A stretch of DNA of 63,955 nt, counting the filler, from Perkinsus olseni (taxonomy: Eukaryota), in NCBI GenBank assembly GCA_013115125.1. It is 3 parts of 3 records of this genome, joined end to end, with 100 filler letters (N's around TTAATTAATTAA, not from the genome) between each part and the next. Parts side by side here need not be neighbours in the genome. Positions count along the whole stretch, not along the records: positions 45,930 to 63,955 come from JABANN010000625.1; 2 more parts are not named here. One strand, 5' to 3'. This document shows, in pieces, positions 62,143 to 63,955 of this stretch. Below the pieces are notes generated by a model, which saw only the letters and a program-made list of their open reading frames with translations, did no database searches and was not told where the DNA came from. A program made the position numbers and the translations under genes. How positions within the stretch are numbered: the first letter of the stretch is position 1; each line of letters begins with the position of its first letter.

Positions 62143-63386
62143 TCACCTGCAGGGCAGCGAAATATCCTCGTTCCAGGCATCCATAGATGCAGCCATCTTC
62201 ACCACGGGCTTCGCAGGAGTTCTTATACCGAAAAGGTTGCGACGATAATCGAAAGAAATATCGTATTGGGCGAAGAAAGGCCGTCCAAGCAAAAATTTAT
62301 TACGTGATCCATCAACCGGAAGCCGATCTATTATGTGAATCCTACACCAGTGGCCGTCGCAAATTTGCGCGTGATTGCTTACACGTACCTCGAAAGCTGA
62401 TGTGGACTCGGCTTGGATGACGATTACAGACAGATCCTTGACGAGGTGTCTGCGAGAACATATCTCCCCATCATCATTGGCATACGCCGCCAAGTTCGGA
62501 TCTGTCGTAGAACGAGCCTTTCCTGTTCTATCGACACGGTCCGCCCCAAACTTGTCCTCGATAGCTTCCCATATCATCGAGAATACCTCTTTGGGAACGA
62601 TAGTGACCCCTGCCCCGGCATCGATTACCACCGTGTAATCAGACCAGATCAGGGATTTTCCGTCTAGTTTAATCGTATGATCATCGGCGTATGGATCCTT
62701 CACCCACACTGCTGATACGTATATCGCATTAGTTACTCCAGCGACTTGCGGAGCGTCCCTGAGGGGGAAGAAGGTTGCGCCTTCGAGCTGCCTAGGTGAC
62801 TCTCCGAGAACCAGCTTTCCAGTTATGCCGAGGTACAGCTTCGACACATAGATCGAGACATAGGATGCATAGACCTCATGAGCTGCTCGAGGAAACGCTC
62901 CCGTGCACCGGCTGCCCGTTCGCTGAGCGAAGCAAAGCTCAGCCCCAGCGTCGCGTATGGTTGAATATCAAATGTCGTATCAGCGAAAGTCATGCCAACC
63001 ATCAAACCGATCCGCAGATTGCTAATCTTTCGCTTGCAGATCTTCAGCGTTACATCTCGATGAGCGAATTTAACGACATCTCCGTCACTACACCTAACAG
63101 TGACTAGGCTTTGATTGAGTAACCCGCCAAGGTCGCACGGGTCGGTCGGAGGACAGAAGTAGCAACCCGAGATGAGGTACTTGCAGGAACCACGGCCGTA
63201 GAGACTTTCATACCAACCACCGTATACTAGGTAGGACCATTCACTCCCACTGTCCACGTGAAGTTCTATCTTGTGACCATCGAAATTCATCTCTACTTTG
63301 GTGTGCTTCATTGCGAACGAAAGGGGCGAGGAAGTAGAAGCCAAAATCCACGCAGCTGCCGAATGAAGTAAAGCGGTTCTGAGCAT
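62143..63386 (-). pseudogene. Aspartic protease paralog, frameshifted
   Basis: Collinear with 56924-58231 (shared YLVYGGWYESLYGRGSCK..ISGCYFCPPTDPCDL). The frame changes near 62870 with a short deletion. Motifs read DSGS and DAGA. Confidence 0.85.
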
Positions 63387-63955
63387 TTGAAGGAGACAAT
63401 CCTTAACACGGACAAAGCATTAGGATTTCGGAGTTCTCAAGCTGCCTCTCGTCCTCAGTGTCCCTCGATTGTACGTCGAGATGAGTTGAACAATCTCATT
63501 TGATCGTCACTTTTGAGGTGATATTGAAAAAAATTGCATTATGAGTGTTTAATGCGAGGTGACGTGCACGAAGTGGACAGACTTAAGATGTTGGTTGCAA
63601 TAACTGATTTCTTGCGAAAACACGTCTCCTTTGCTATTGAGGAGGCGTATGGAGGCTCCATAATAGAGCGCCCAAAGCGATTGTAGTAACGATAACCTTG
63701 CTGGCATATAATTGATGGTACCAAACGATTCACGGAAGAAGAAGAGGTTATTGTCAGACAAAGGCACAGAGGCGTGAAGATGCACGTACGAAATGTGGCA
63801 TGTGGGGAAAGAAATCAACCCAGCCGAGCACCAGCTCCGTCAAGACGGGCCCAGCAAGTCTCGTCTCCAAAGCCTAGGCGTATGTTGGCTGGAGGCTCCA
63901 GCCTGGAGCGCATCGGTCGTCACACAAGCGCTGTCTTCGTGGACACGAGCAGATG

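Overview
Eukaryotic nuclear DNA, gene-dense, with many short (~45-60 nt) GT-AG introns. It consists of three contigs joined by 100-bp N-gaps carrying an artificial TTAATTAATTAA linker. The apicomplexan-type profilin, intron style and gene content suggest an alveolate, most plausibly Perkinsus (inference). Most short ORFs in the track are exon fragments or noise, so gene models were spliced by hand and their ends are approximate. Genes: MATH-domain protein, two tandem Mei2-like RRM genes (one with a nonsense codon), a tandem double histidine kinase with a coiled-coil tail, MCM10-like, Ca3427/NMT1-like binding protein, mitochondrial uL14, DHX37, ABC1 kinase, 4-RRM CELF-like protein, EXO1, opine dehydrogenase, FAAH-like amidase, profilin, a three-repeat secreted protein, two intronless aspartic proteases (one frameshifted) and SAM synthetase. 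Non-coding features: TA-flanked transposon termini at four contig ends, a decaying 162-bp tRNA-Trp tandem array with one copy split by a TG..CA insert, a HINE-like element and two adjacent long palindromes. The strongest candidate for a novel system is the dual histidine kinase with no visible sensor or receiver domain.
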